A stretch of 58,265 nt of DNA, counting the filler, from Sphacelaria rigidula (lineage: Eukaryota): assembly GCA_964200075.2 (NCBI GenBank). It is 5 parts of 5 records of this genome, joined end to end, with 100 filler letters (N's around TTAATTAATTAA, not from the genome) between each part and the next. Parts side by side here need not be neighbours in the genome. Positions count along the whole stretch, not along the records: positions 35,022 to 46,593 come from CAXNAA020004763.1; positions 46,694 to 58,265 come from CAXNAA020004764.1; 3 more parts are not named here. The stretch is one strand, 5' to 3'. The notes below the pieces were generated by a model. It was not told where the DNA came from and did no database searches. It saw only the letters and a program-made list of their open reading frames with translations. The first letter of the stretch is position 1. Every line of letters starts with the position of its first letter. This document shows, one piece after another, positions 38,412 to 50,800 of this stretch. Position numbers and translations under genes: made by a program.

Positions 38412-41400
38412 GGCTGTTGATGTGGTTGCTGTTGCTGTTGCTGCTGCTGCTGCTGCGGTTGTTGACGTTGGGGCTGGTTTTGGGGGATCGGCCGGCCGTA
38501 AGGGTCGAGCTGCGGTTGTTGCTGCTGCTGCTGGCGGGACTGCTCCTGCTGTTGCAATTGAGGAGGTCGTTGCGTCTGCGGAATCGGACGCCCGTAAGGA
38601 TCCAGCTGCGGCGGCTTGTTTTGCTGTTGTTGATGCTGCTGAACGTGCTGCTGCTTCGGCAACCCGTTTTGAGGGGGGGTTGCGGAAGGCGGTGGTTGCT
38701 GCTGTTGAGGCGGCTGGCTTCCTGGAATAGGACGGCCATACTGATCCAACTGTGGCTGCTGAGGCGCACTCGCTGGTGCCGCCTGAGAAACCGCCGGAGC
38801 CACCGCTGAAGCCACCGCTGCAGGTACCGTCGGAGGTCTGAATTGGCCGCCTGGAGCAACAGCACTTGTAGGCGCAACGGGCGGCACACCAAAAGGAGGG
38901 GGTACGCCAAACGGACCCGGAGGCATGAGTTTCTGCCCTGGCTGCGGCTGCACCGGAGGTTGCTGAGAAGCTGGAGCAGACGAGAACGGTGGCTGCGCCT
39001 GTTGAGGCGGCGGGAACTGATTGGACTGCTGCTGTTGCTGCGGCTGCTGCGGCGGCTGCTGCGGCGGTTGCTGCGGCGGTTGCTGAGGGGGAAACTGAGG
39101 TAAACCAGGCGGGCCTCCTGGGGCGGGCCCCGGGGCGCGCCCGAAACCATGATGAATCTGTGCGGCCCACGATGTGTTCAGAGCAGACGAAGACGAAGAC
39201 GAAGACGAAGCGAGCGGAGGACGAGCGGAGTAAGGAATGCGGTTGGGGAAAGATTTGAAACGACGCATACAGATATTGACATCCTTTGATCCACGAGACG
39301 CCCCTACGGGCCAACGAAAACAAGCCAGGAGGGCAAGACACGTTGATACACGTCCATGCGCCTTGAACGGTCGCCGTACTTGGGAATCCCCCCGGTTCTC
39401 CTGGAAAGGACGCAAGACCGTCGGGTCGTCGAGTAGGGAATGAGGGTGAGAGTTTCGTGCAATATTACCTGCTGAGGCGCTTGCCCGGGTGGCTGCTGAG
39501 GCGGGAAGCCCGGTGCCTGCCCTTGCTGGGGAGGGAATTGCTGCGATGGTGGGGCACCTCCGCCAGCGGGCTGCGGGACACTTGGAGGTGGTACTCCGAA
39601 GTTTGGCTGAGCAGGAGGTTGTGCGAGGGGAGCACCGAAGGTCGTGGGGGGTGGGCGCTGGCCGAATGCATTTTGCGGAGGCTGCCCAGGTGGTACCTGT
39701 GTTCAGCACGCAGGAGAGAGAAAGAGCCGGGCAAGTGGGCATCACGTAAGGCGAGTATGCTGATGTCCGGTCGCCCCAGTGGCTCAGTTGGTCACCTCGA
39801 AACTTTTTGACGGCTGGGTCGTGAGTTTGGATCTCGGAGCGATCTGGGATGTTTTTCTCCCACAACGCCCGGCAGTGCAGAGCGACCATGTCGTGGGTAC
39901 ATAAAATTCGACTCAAGGGTCGACGAGGGAAAGGGATTGCTGAACCCCTCTCGCGATAAAAAAAAATTAAAGTCAAGCACCGCACAAGGAAGGTGGGGAA
40001 TAATTTGAAAAAATCCTGTGTTGGCCTTCCTCCTGTGTGGCCCCGGCTGGTGCGCCCACATATACCGAAAGGTGTAGACCGGCGTCCAGAATAGATGGGA
40101 GGACGACACTAACAACATGCTGAGTGGTGTGGAGCGTTATCGGACAATCATGAATCTTCAGGTCAGCCGTTGAACGCGTAGACAGGTACGCATGCAACAT
40201 CTCTGCTGCACGACATTAGTAACCGAAACATACAAAATCCAAAGTTATCCAACACTGATCAACGCCGGTGATCTTCGTCGTTGAAGCACACAAGCCATGG
40301 CCTAACCGTAACCCCAGCGCCATGTAGCCCACACTTTACAGGTCGCTTGTTTGCATGCTACCCTACGAAGCCACCACCAGTACTCATGGCGTTAGGGTGC
40401 ACCCAACGAGTGACGACAATCTTCAACTTTTCAAGCGTGTACACTCATTCATTGCACCAACCTGGTTGTTGTCTCTGCGCCCTCCGTCCTGCGTCGAGGA
40501 CTGCTGTTGCTGATGCTGCTGGTGCGGTTGCTGCTGGGGCGGGAGCCCTTGCTGGCCTGGTGGTCCTTGCCTCCCTCCAGGACCCGTTACAGCGAACGGA
40601 GGAGGTTGGGCGAGCGGAGGCCCGAAGCGAGAAGGCTGGGGGGCGGGCGCGCTTGTCGTCGGAGGTGCTTGGCTAGTCCTTCCATCAGAAGTAGCAGCAC
40701 CGTAGCTGTACTGCTGAGGCGGCTGCTGAGGCGGCTGCGAAGTTGGTGGGGCACTGGTGGGAGGTGTCGGTGGCGGTGCACCAAAGCCAGCAGGTGGCGC
40801 CTGCGGGGGAGGCTGCGGTGGAGCAGGGGTCGGCGCTGGAGGCTGGGTTCAGAAAGGGGACAGAAAGGACGGCAGGAAAAAGAGCAGACAGGAGATATAT
40901 TACTTGGGTGGGCCGGGTAGGTGCGTGTTGCTTGGGGAGATAGCTTGACACGCGGCATGGTTTCCGTGGTGTTGCTTTTCATGACCCCCACCAGTAGCAG
41001 AGACGGCACTAGGTCTATTGGATCCATACGCCCTAGCCGTGTGTGCCACACAAGTGAGACTTGGGCATTTGCGGTGGGAGGAGGCCGTGTTTGTTTCCTC
41101 TTGTGCTTATTTTGGGGTTACGGTGTGCGTGTAGAGCGATGCTCAACCTGTGTGGTGCATTGTGCATTTCAAGTTAACGTCTTACAGCAGTTGCTCCGCC
41201 AGTGTCGCTCTCACCACCACTTCGACGTTTGCGGCTTTTGGTTTGACGGTCACCGGGTTGTTCTCGTGCAGAAGCGAGTTTACATCATGATTGGCTCATT
41301 TATACACGAACACACACATACGGAAACTACTCGAAAGAGGGATACAGCTACATCATACAAACAGGTTCATACCTCCCTTTCGAGCTCTTTTGATCACACT

Positions 41401-44400
41401 GAAACTGACTTCATTTCATGTGTAGATCGCACCTGTTGCCTTTCCCGCGAAATATCCATCCATACTGCCTGCACATTACCTGACTCCGTTATATTATCAG
41501 ATCCTCGTGTGCATGGTGTTTTCTGTTGTGAGATGCAGTTACCGCGGTTTGCAGTTGGAAGAAGCTTACCGGACCACCGACTTGCCGCTGCTGATTGGTC
41601 ATCCACGCTGGCAGTACCATTCCCCTGCCTCGCCCCCCAGAGGGGGGAGCGCTACCCCCTCCAGGGTATCCCCCACCTCTGCTGTCTACCCCGCGCATAG
41701 TGGGCTCTCTGTCGCCGCTGCTTAGAAGGACGACAACATTTTTACGAGTATTCGGTTTTCCCAACCCACCATAAGAAGGACAAGAAAAAACAGCAAACCA
41801 GAGGATGTTTTTGTTGAGGTTGGTGGATGAACGAGACGCGACAGAGACACGATTTCAGGAGGGCGAGCCAACACTACGGTAGCGCACGCGCAGAGATAAT
41901 AATGTGGACCTCCACGGTACAAAATTCGCAACATGCGCCCATGCTCAATGGTGCCCCATAGCTTCTGGTGACCCAAACTTTCTCGGGCTGCAATCGGTCA
42001 TCGTTGCTTCCAAGCACCATCGCCTCGTTCTTGTGATGAAACCGTTCGGTGTTGTACGCGCAGCCACTAAGGTACGGTTAGTTTAGTTTGTCTTGTTCTT
42101 CATCTCTCAAATGACGATGCTCAAGACTCCAGAAATAGACAAAAAGTGCGGGCACAACCACGTTTCAAACAGAAGGACGACGGATATACAAGTCTTCAAT
42201 GGTATGTAGAGCCTTGCAGTAGCCTCCTTCAAAAGAGCTCTCCGCACGGGTGCGAATGACTGTCGCTGTCGCAGCCACGGCGACAGGCATCACCTTCGCC
42301 CGTGTTGATCAACTTCTCACTGTCGATCGGTTCTTGTTACATGACATCGAAGACAAGACATGAAGAGACATTGCACCGCACCCTGTCGGCCGTGAATGAA
42401 GTCTGCCATTTCGGTTGACCACATTCACCACCGCTGAATTCACGTCCTTCCCCATATACACCCAGTGAATGAACACGGTACGATGAAACTTTGATTGAGC
42501 GATGAAAAAAACATGTTGGCGCGTGCGTACCTGCGGCAATAAAACAAGACAAGAAACTAACGTACTACTGCGTACATATTTGGACGAGGCAAATACATTG
42601 CTCTAGACCAACACCAGGATGGGGGCGGTGCTCAAGAACCCGCTCACCGTCCAGAGTCTCTGCCACCGCCGTACCCTCCGCCGCGTCCGCCTCTCCCGCC
42701 CCTCCCGCCGTCCCGATCCCTGCTTTCTCTGTGCGAATCACGGTCACGGTATCCTCCACCTCCGAAGTCCCTGCGGCGGTCCCTGGAGTCGCCACGTCGC
42801 CCGCGGTCTCTGTCTCTTGAGTTGCCCCGCCTGCCACGGTCCCTGTCCCTGTCGTGGCGACCTCTGTCCCGACTGTCGTCACGCCTGTAGCGGTCTCGAT
42901 CGCGGCTGCGGTCACGGCTGCGGCTGCGGGGGCGCCCGGAGCCACCGCCGCCACGGCCGCTGCGGCCACGGTCGCGGCTATCGTCTCTTGAGCTACCCTT
43001 TTTGGCCACCAGCTTGTCCACCTCGCTATTTCGCGATTCACGAGAGCACGTGGATAGTGTGGGGTGAGCTCGTCTGGAGCACCATTATTGTCATTACACC
43101 GGATCGGGAGTCATATCATACGTCGCCGTGGTTACTTTGGGTTGCTTACATATGCTGAGGGAGGGAGCGGTTGGAGATCGGGTTGTGGGCCGGAGATGCC
43201 CATGTCAGTTCCACGAGGCAAAACCAAGCAACACCCGCCCATATCAAGAAACGTCGAAACTTTTACTGTAGGTATGTGCTGACCCCGTGTGAACTTTCCA
43301 ACCCTGAGGCTGTGACTTCCCGACAGATCTTCCGAGGACGCTTGCGTCCAATGCCGCTTCCGAGATACTTCGGAATGTTGATTTTAAGGAGATGCAGGAC
43401 GCCTACCTACAAGAACAGGTTGACGGGGAGGTACTGTAGGCGATTCTAAGCCATCTGCACGGGGACATGATGGACCAAGCAACCTCTCAGAACTGTCAAA
43501 ATCGTGAAATATCTTGGAAGCACATGGTGGTTGATCTGGAAAGCTTCATTTGAGATAGGAACCTGCTCGCCCCTGCTTTCAAGCCAGGGACTGTCCGCCG
43601 GCGATACTGCTCCGAGTCGAAGCTTGTAGCCAAAGGGTCAACCTCTCGAACGCTCATACCTCGGGTTGAATTTAAACGGACAGGCTTTATGGGGAAGTTT
43701 GGAATAGTCGTTTTCGGTGGAGAGACAGCACCTGGACAGAAAAGGTCGTTGGCAAGCACTCACCACGCGCCACCGTTATCCGTGCCTGAGGCGCGGTCAG
43801 ACACTTCGTCTCAGTACAGGAAAAAGGAATCGGTGATGGCGCCAGTCAAGGTAAAGGGCACACAACAAAAGTATAGACATGGGCCAGGTGTACGTTATAC
43901 CCTTTGGCACCAGCTGTACTGTGGGGATGCATGAACATACGCCACTTGTATTGCAACATGGAATTTTCTTCCTCTTTTCCTTTTCGGTTACCCCGAACAT
44001 ATCATCAAATCACGTCTGACTGTTCCAATTTTTAATAGGAAAGTTCATTGTTCACACTGTTTCACGTGCCGCACTTGTGAAGGAAAATCGACGTGGGAGC
44101 AACGTGTTCTCTGCAGCTATGAGCGGCACCTCGCAGATGAGCGTGTTTGGTGGCGATTATGTCACGTGGTAAGAGTTGGAAGTTTGTCGAAATGATGGAA
44201 GCATCCATGACCACCTGAAACTTGACACGTTTCTACCCATTATTGTGGGAAGCGTGAGTATTACTCTAGCGCATCGTGGGTCCCTTTGGTATTATGCCAA
44301 CGTGCATTGAATCATCATACGAACAAGCGCGTTCTTGGTAGTTGAGGCGAGAATCTAGTAGCAGTACCAGCCTCATCACGAGAAAAAGTGTAGAAATTCA

Positions 44401-46184
44401 ACATGAACACGAAAAAAACGTGAAGCACTCCAACTAGTAGCAAATGCTGCTGTAAGCCTATTTGGCAAAAACTGTGTTTTATGCTTGACTACTGCCGGGC
44501 GCCCATGTCCTTTCAGGGTCGATTTACACCTACAACATCCATCCTCCGAAAACTCCAATGACTGTCGGCGGACAGATTTCGGATTGAGAAGCCCGCGTTC
44601 AAAGTGGCTCACCACCCACCAATTGTTATCGATCCCATCATTGGGAGCTGACAGTCCCGCCTGCAAAATCGTCGCTAGTGGAGAATTGTTGAAGCGGGAT
44701 CCCTTTTACCGTACCGGTAGAATTGATCAGCAACGATTTCCAACTCTCACCAAGGACCATTCAACTGACGTTGAACTGCTGATCTGAGCGCTCGGGGGGT
44801 CGAATAGACTGAGAGACGGTCAGATGATGCTGACCGCACATACGAAGGACATGGTGCAGCGACCCCAAAGATCGGAAAATCGGAGTAGAGCCAACGGACT
44901 GCGTAATATGCTAAGAAGTAACGGAAGGACCGAAGGGTAATTTTTCACGGAGACAGCCAACATGAAAGTGGCGCCCCATTTACGCCAAATGGTGCACCGA
45001 CGGCACTGCATCCTGTCCAACAAAGCATAGCTTATGATGCGATGTTTGTACAGATGGTACATCATCAGAGGAAAAGGTGGAAAGCCGAAAAGAAAATGAT
45101 GCTCTGTTTACCAAGTGTGGACAAGAACGACTGTAAAATCGTGCCGCTGCATACACATGGTGAGAAACAACTTGATACTGCACGCTGCACGCTGCACGCT
45201 GCACGCACCTCTGGAGCATGGTACGTACACGTCCAAACTCGTCGGTATAATCAACCATCGGATCCGGCTTCGGTGGTGGTTCAATATCCATGTCTTCTCC
45301 GTCGTCCTCGACGGCACCCTCCTCCTTACTTTCCACCTGACCGTTTTCCTTCTTGCTACCATCGCCACTAGCACCATCAACAGTGGTCGTAGTTCCATTG
45401 CCATTCGATGCGGTGTGGTCGTTGTTAATGCTGCCGCCATTGACGGCTGCATCTCCGGGTGCCAGGGTGGACGAGTCATTTTCCATTCTGCCCTGTTGCC
45501 CATTTTCGAGCGGTGGTGTTGCTCCTTGAGCTCCGTTTTCTCCTTGCGCTACCGACGGCAACTTTCCCTCTGAGATTTGTCCAGAGATATTGCTGTTGGA
45601 TGCGGCAGTCGACACTGGTGCCGGATCTTCGTTTTTCGCTACGGCAGCATCCTCGGTCTTACAGTATCGCACAGGCAGCAGGGGGGCATCAAACGACGAC
45701 AATGTGTTGGGAGGCGGGAAGAAGGCCATTCGGTATTATTGTATAACATCACATACAGTCAGTACTATCTGTATACCATAGTAACAAGGTGTCCAACAAA
45801 GCAGGACGTGGTGTTTCCGCCTTCGTGGGGGTATCACGATACAAATATAAAAAAAAAGTACCATCGGTCGGATAAAAGCGGAGCTGGACAAAGGGGCTGC
45901 GCGATATCAAGCTATTTACGGTGTTGACGTAGCTTTCCAACAGGGAAACTTGTTGATATGTGATGTGACAACCCCGACGCAACAACGAGGGCGGTGCATT
46001 TTGTGGATGGGATGGCAAATACCACCACACACCAGAGTTGTGCAGGATCCCTAAGAACGAGTACGCCTACCTTCGCCTGTTCAGCGCTGGCAGAAGCATC
46101 TTCGGCATTCGCAGCATCGACGACCGTCTCCGGTATCTTTGCAGCCGTCGCCGCTTGTGATCTCGTTGATCTGGTCGCAGGCAT
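38039..46184 (-). CDS. ~938-aa low-complexity protein: acidic N-terminus, DEFGR motif, RD/RS and RGG tract, P/Q-rich region, C-terminal WW domain
   Basis: Seven phase-consistent GT-AG exons: 46184-46071, 45657-45209, 43025-42648, 41717-41570, 40842-40462, 39696-39469, 39157-38039 (2817 nt including stop). WW domain: [31 protein letters not shown]. Confidence 0.85.
39767..40117 (+). mobile_element. tRNA-derived SINE, copy 3 (antisense in intron 5 of the WW-domain gene)
   Basis: CCGGTCGCCCCAGTGGCTCAGTTGG head, GAGTTTGGATCTC B box, conserved body and 3' end, ACACTAACAAC tail; flanked by ATGCTGATGT / ATGCTGAGT (possible target-site duplication). Confidence 0.87.
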
Positions 46185-46593
46185 CGGTGACCCTCCGTCC
46201 CTTGGGTAGAATGCTTACTGTTGTTTGGACACTCCAGTGTTTTTTTTTTTTGCATCCTTGCTGGGATGGAAAATGACCACTATCTCGAGGCTTGCGGTGG
46301 TCGGAGCACACAACCCTAACATCTCCTCATAATTCACCAGGGCAAACTGCAGCATCCAGTGAGCTTGAACGATCGTGACAGCGATAAATCCTGTTTCATA
46401 GGTGAAGGTCATAGTTTGGAGGATAATTTGGAGAAGGATGAAACTGCATGGGGTGTGGGATGAGGGAGGATGGTGGTTGTTGCCGTTTCGGTGTTTATCA
46501 CCCCCCCCCCCCCCCCCCCCAAAGAAAGAGAACGGCCAAAAAAGCGCACTTCCCGCGGAAGGGCCCACGCAGCAAACACACGGCCTGAGGGTG

Positions 46594-46693
46594 NNNNNNN
46601 NNNNNNNNNNNNNNNNNNNNNNNNNNNNNNNNNNNNNTTAATTAATTAANNNNNNNNNNNNNNNNNNNNNNNNNNNNNNNNNNNNNNNNNNNN
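46594..46693. other. Artificial contig linker
   Basis: Same N44-TTAATTAATTAA-N44 structure. Confidence 0.98.
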
Positions 46694-46774
46694 ATCTCAG
46701 TATCGGAGCGGGTGATCATTTTGGTGACTTGATCCCAGTATCGAGCGGGACATCATTTTGGCTATTAATACTAT

Positions 46775-46821
46775 TGATGATAAATAATAATAATAATTAA
46801 TAATTAATAATTAATAATAAC

Positions 46822-46859
<38 letters not shown>

Positions 46860-46890
46860 TAATAATAAATACTACTACTACTACTACTAC

Positions 46891-46926
<36 letters not shown>

Positions 46927-46945
46927 TAACAATAATAATAACAAA
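46775..46945. repeat. (AAT)n/(ACT)n/(AAC) compound microsatellite
   Basis: Direct. Confidence 0.95.
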
Positions 46946-47815
46946 GAACCATATTGTAAGCAAGTAGTGCACGTCTCACAATGTACTCAGTGATAGCCAT
47001 ACCTGCTATGCACGTGCGAAACCTTTTTTAGACTCTTGTAGCCCTATCGGGCAAAGGTCAAAGCCTCAGTTGTACCTGGTCAGCCCTTTTCGACGTTGCG
47101 CCCCTCGCGGTTCTGTGGCCTTTCTCATATGGCTATCACCAGTGAGTTAGAAAAGCAACTCACACTCGCGTTCCTGGTAGCTACTGCCGTCTATCTTGAT
47201 GCTCCTTATCATCACCACGAGGATTATGTGAATTCAGAAGCAGTGCCGAAGAACAAAGCGGGTGAGGGCCATACAATACTCAATGGTCAACCGTGAGTGA
47301 CCACAAGGCGTAAGGGGCTGCGGATCCAAGAGTTCACGAAATTATCGGAAGCTCTAGGGTAGGTGAAGCTTTCATTTGCCCCTGCGTTAAAATCAAGCGA
47401 CCTATCCCCAACACGAAAATCAAGGAATTCCCCGGTGATCGACAACAATGCAAGTACTAAACTAAACTCAAGTAGTCGGCCAACTCCCTCTGGTAAACCC
47501 GCCCATCTCCTCGTCATCTAATGCAAACTCCTGGAGTTTATGCCCCTTCATCATTTTTTTCTGACGCCCTTCGTGCCCTCCCCTTTCCCACCTCACAGTA
47601 TGAGGGGTCGTTACTTTTTACACTCTTCCCCCCGACCTGCGACGCCTGTTGAAGACGAGTGTTCATCGATCGTGCTTGACGAACATGTTTGCACAAGGCA
47701 CAGGATCACCCATTTGCAATCTATGGTTGTCGGGAAATGCTGCCAATTTGAAGTAAATAAGACTTCCTCTGTCCCCTGCTTCCTCTAAACACGGTTCTCT
47801 CCTCGCCCTGTCCAG

Positions 47816-50800
47816 CATGCTGAGAAGCGTCTCCTAGATGAACTACCGCCATCCGAGCGCTCCAAGATTCTCCGAATGAAGGCAGAGCCACAACTCGATG
47901 AAATATATCAGGTATGTATCCGTGATAGCCAAGGTCGCATGTCAACGCTCTTGCATTACCCTTCGGGTAGCCCTTCTCAAGATGCCACAACAACAGATTC
48001 CCGTGTTTCCTAGTCTTTGTCATTTTCGATGAAGGGGCATCAGCTGTCATGGTAAGTAGAAAACCTGATATATACCATCTTCACGGCGGTTTCCGCTATT
48101 GGGTAAGTTCTGTGAATCACATTTTGATGAAGCTGGGGACGCGTTCTGTGGAGGCGGTGCGCCTACTGCAGTTATAGTAGAACCCCCAAATAGATTGAGC
48201 TAAAAGCGTCGTGAGGGGCGGAGTTTCTAGGATGCTTCTTTCGACTTGCTCATTTAAACTTTTCCTCTTGTCGCGATTCATCCCGCGTTCCTGCTCCATG
48301 TACCAGGCAACAAACGACCTACGTGACTGGGAGGTGGAAATGGAGAGGACATCGATGGCGCTCAAAACGGAGAAGCACGATCGGCGCGCTCCTGGTTGGT
48401 CAAGTAATATCAGTATAAATTCTGAGGAGTGCACCCCGACTGTGGTGAGACATTCACTGGTGCGAATGTTGTCGAGCGAACCAGCTTGGAGCTAAAGGAC
48501 TTGCCTTGCGGTCTTGATCGTGGTCAGCCGTATTTGGAAATTGCGTCGATAGTACTAATTTCAACGTTGCTCTGACAACATGCATGCGGGGATTGCATCC
48601 CATCCCCTTCAGGATGAAATTCAAACGCAAGCACGCAGCGAAGTCGAGGCGGAGGATGCGAGTGGAGAAACCTGCTCCCGCCTACCCACTCCCGAGCAGC
48701 CGACGTCGAACACGATCAACGCATACGATTTCAGGTACCCGTGAATTTAGAATGTATTTGACTTTCCTGCCCACGTATGTTCCTTTGTACGCGCATTTTC
48801 TTTTGGCACAATTCCAACCGCTATCCTTCTTCGGGGCGAATCCGTCGTCTCAAGGGATCGACCCATCTCTCCCCCGGTAAATGCCCACGCCTTGCATTTT
48901 GGTATCGCGGGTTGGATCATGACTGTAGTACTATCAGCACTCACGCACCGTGTCGACTGTCGCCTAACAAACTCGGCCAAACATGATCTTTTTGCTACTC
49001 ACACTCTCACGCTCGCAACGACGGAATTCAGATACAGTACTTCTGAGGAAAAACCAAACTAGACGCATTTGGCGGGAGTCGAACCTGCGTTTTCCCTGCC
49101 CTGATGGTGTCAGTTGTACCATTGGATCATTGGACCACCGAGGCGCGCTGTAACGTATGAATAGCGTCTACGCGAAGCTGGCTTCGGCTCGCAGTTTAGC
49201 TGTCTGTTGTTTTCCCAGCACTTAGCACGGTCGACATACTGTTCGCATTCGCAGGAGTCAAGCGAGAGCAATATGTTGCAAGCACTACTTTATATTGACT
49301 CTATTTCGGGCAAACTTCGAGGCTCGAACATAACATACTAGTACTTGGCGAGTGGATGCGTACAACAGCAGCCAGGAGTATTGAGTCAAGCTAATGTTTG
49401 ATACCCACTTGACTAAAGAGCCAGATGTCTCGTACGTATCTCCGAATAATGGACGAGCGGAAGAAACAAGGGATATGATAACATGAGCTTTGAGTATAAT
49501 CAACAATTACTATAAACGGACACAGTTCAACAGGAAGGCTGTTGCTTACCATTGAATAGGTACCGACTGCCACGCGTATATCATCACGCGATGATATTAA
49601 TAGCTGGTCCGATCGTGATGTGACTGGCTGACCATTTCTGCATACTTCTGTGATTGGCCGAAGTCCGCTCAGTCGGGTGGTTGTTAGCACCGGTGGTTGT
49701 TCGGTGAATGATTACATGGTGCCATAGTGGATCGATTATTGGTTGTCTTTTGATATGATCAACTCGTGATTGTTGTCACTGATGACTGCACAACAGCAGT
49801 TTTGGTTTGAAAGAGAAGTTGGAGGTCTTGCCCATTCCTTCTCTCGCTCTTCGTTCTCTGCAACTTCAATTCGGCACCTAGAATTTGGTGACGACTGTTT
49901 ACATGTTTTCTTTTGCTGACGACGTCGTTGTGTCTGTTGAGAGGGTTGATGGGTGTGTGCGTTTCTCTGGTGCTAATTAACACGACAACCCGGGAATGTG
50001 TACTTCATCTACCAAGCACCGATACTGATACGATGCTGATAAACACAGCAAATATAAAAGTGCGAGCTGTCCACCGTTAAGGACACAAACATTGGCAGTG
50101 AGGTGCTCAGATTATCTTCGGTCTAAAATGCCTAATTTGTAGAGTGCATGCCAACACCTCTGGAAAGCAATGAGCTGAATACTCCGGTGCGCTTTTCCTG
50201 ATAGCCAAGATTGCCTCTTCAAATTGATATAACGGCACATCCGAGCAGAGTTATCAATTTCACAACATTGGCTGCTGCAGGGCGTGGGAGCAATATGACG
50301 TCGAAGGCGAACTCTCGAGGCTTGAAGACGAAGACAACGAAGATCAACGACTGCAGAGAGAGGTGAATCGCCGGCACGAGCTAGTACTGTTCTCACGATA
50401 TCAGAAGACGCGATCGTAGTAGGATCGATGTCGCAGGGGTCATAGTCAGGTGCAGCACCCTTACCTGTACATTCTCAGGTTATCACCACAGCTAAAGCAC
50501 GGACTGAGCAAGAAGAGCGAAGGCGAGCTAAGAGGAGAGAGGAACAAATCGAAGAAGCGAAAAAGGGTCGGTTCAAAAAGCCACTGTCGGTTGTCGAGCA
50601 GAAGCGAGCAGCGAATCACGAGCGTTTGAAGGGCAACGAATATTTCAAGGTGGGTATGACTCAATTTTATTCCTCGCAACGTGGCGGCCAATTTCGTTTC
50701 AAAGTGGGTATGGCGTCATTTATTTATCTCAACGTAGCGGCCAATTTCGATGCTTGGAAATCGAGGAGTGGTGAAGAGGCACATGCAGAAGTTCATTACG

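Noticed and set aside
38094-39341. Overlapping poly-Ala, poly-Ser and poly-Leu ORFs on both strands
   Set aside because: Alternative-frame shadows of CAG/CAA polyQ repeats
38039-39985. 648-aa single ORF from the ORF track
   Set aside because: Its N-terminal part reads through the antisense SINE and introns and crosses exon 6 out of frame; only 39157-38039 is coding in this frame
48014-48051. 38-nt candidate exon with a strong GTAAGT donor in the SPAG1-like gene
   Set aside because: Out of phase with the upstream exon, and the flanking exons join in frame without it; an alternative start cannot be excluded but is unsupported
49063-49146. Functional tRNA gene
   Set aside because: Cloverleaf is broken (duplicated D-loop segment, no anticodon stem, poor acceptor pairing); kept only as tRNA-like
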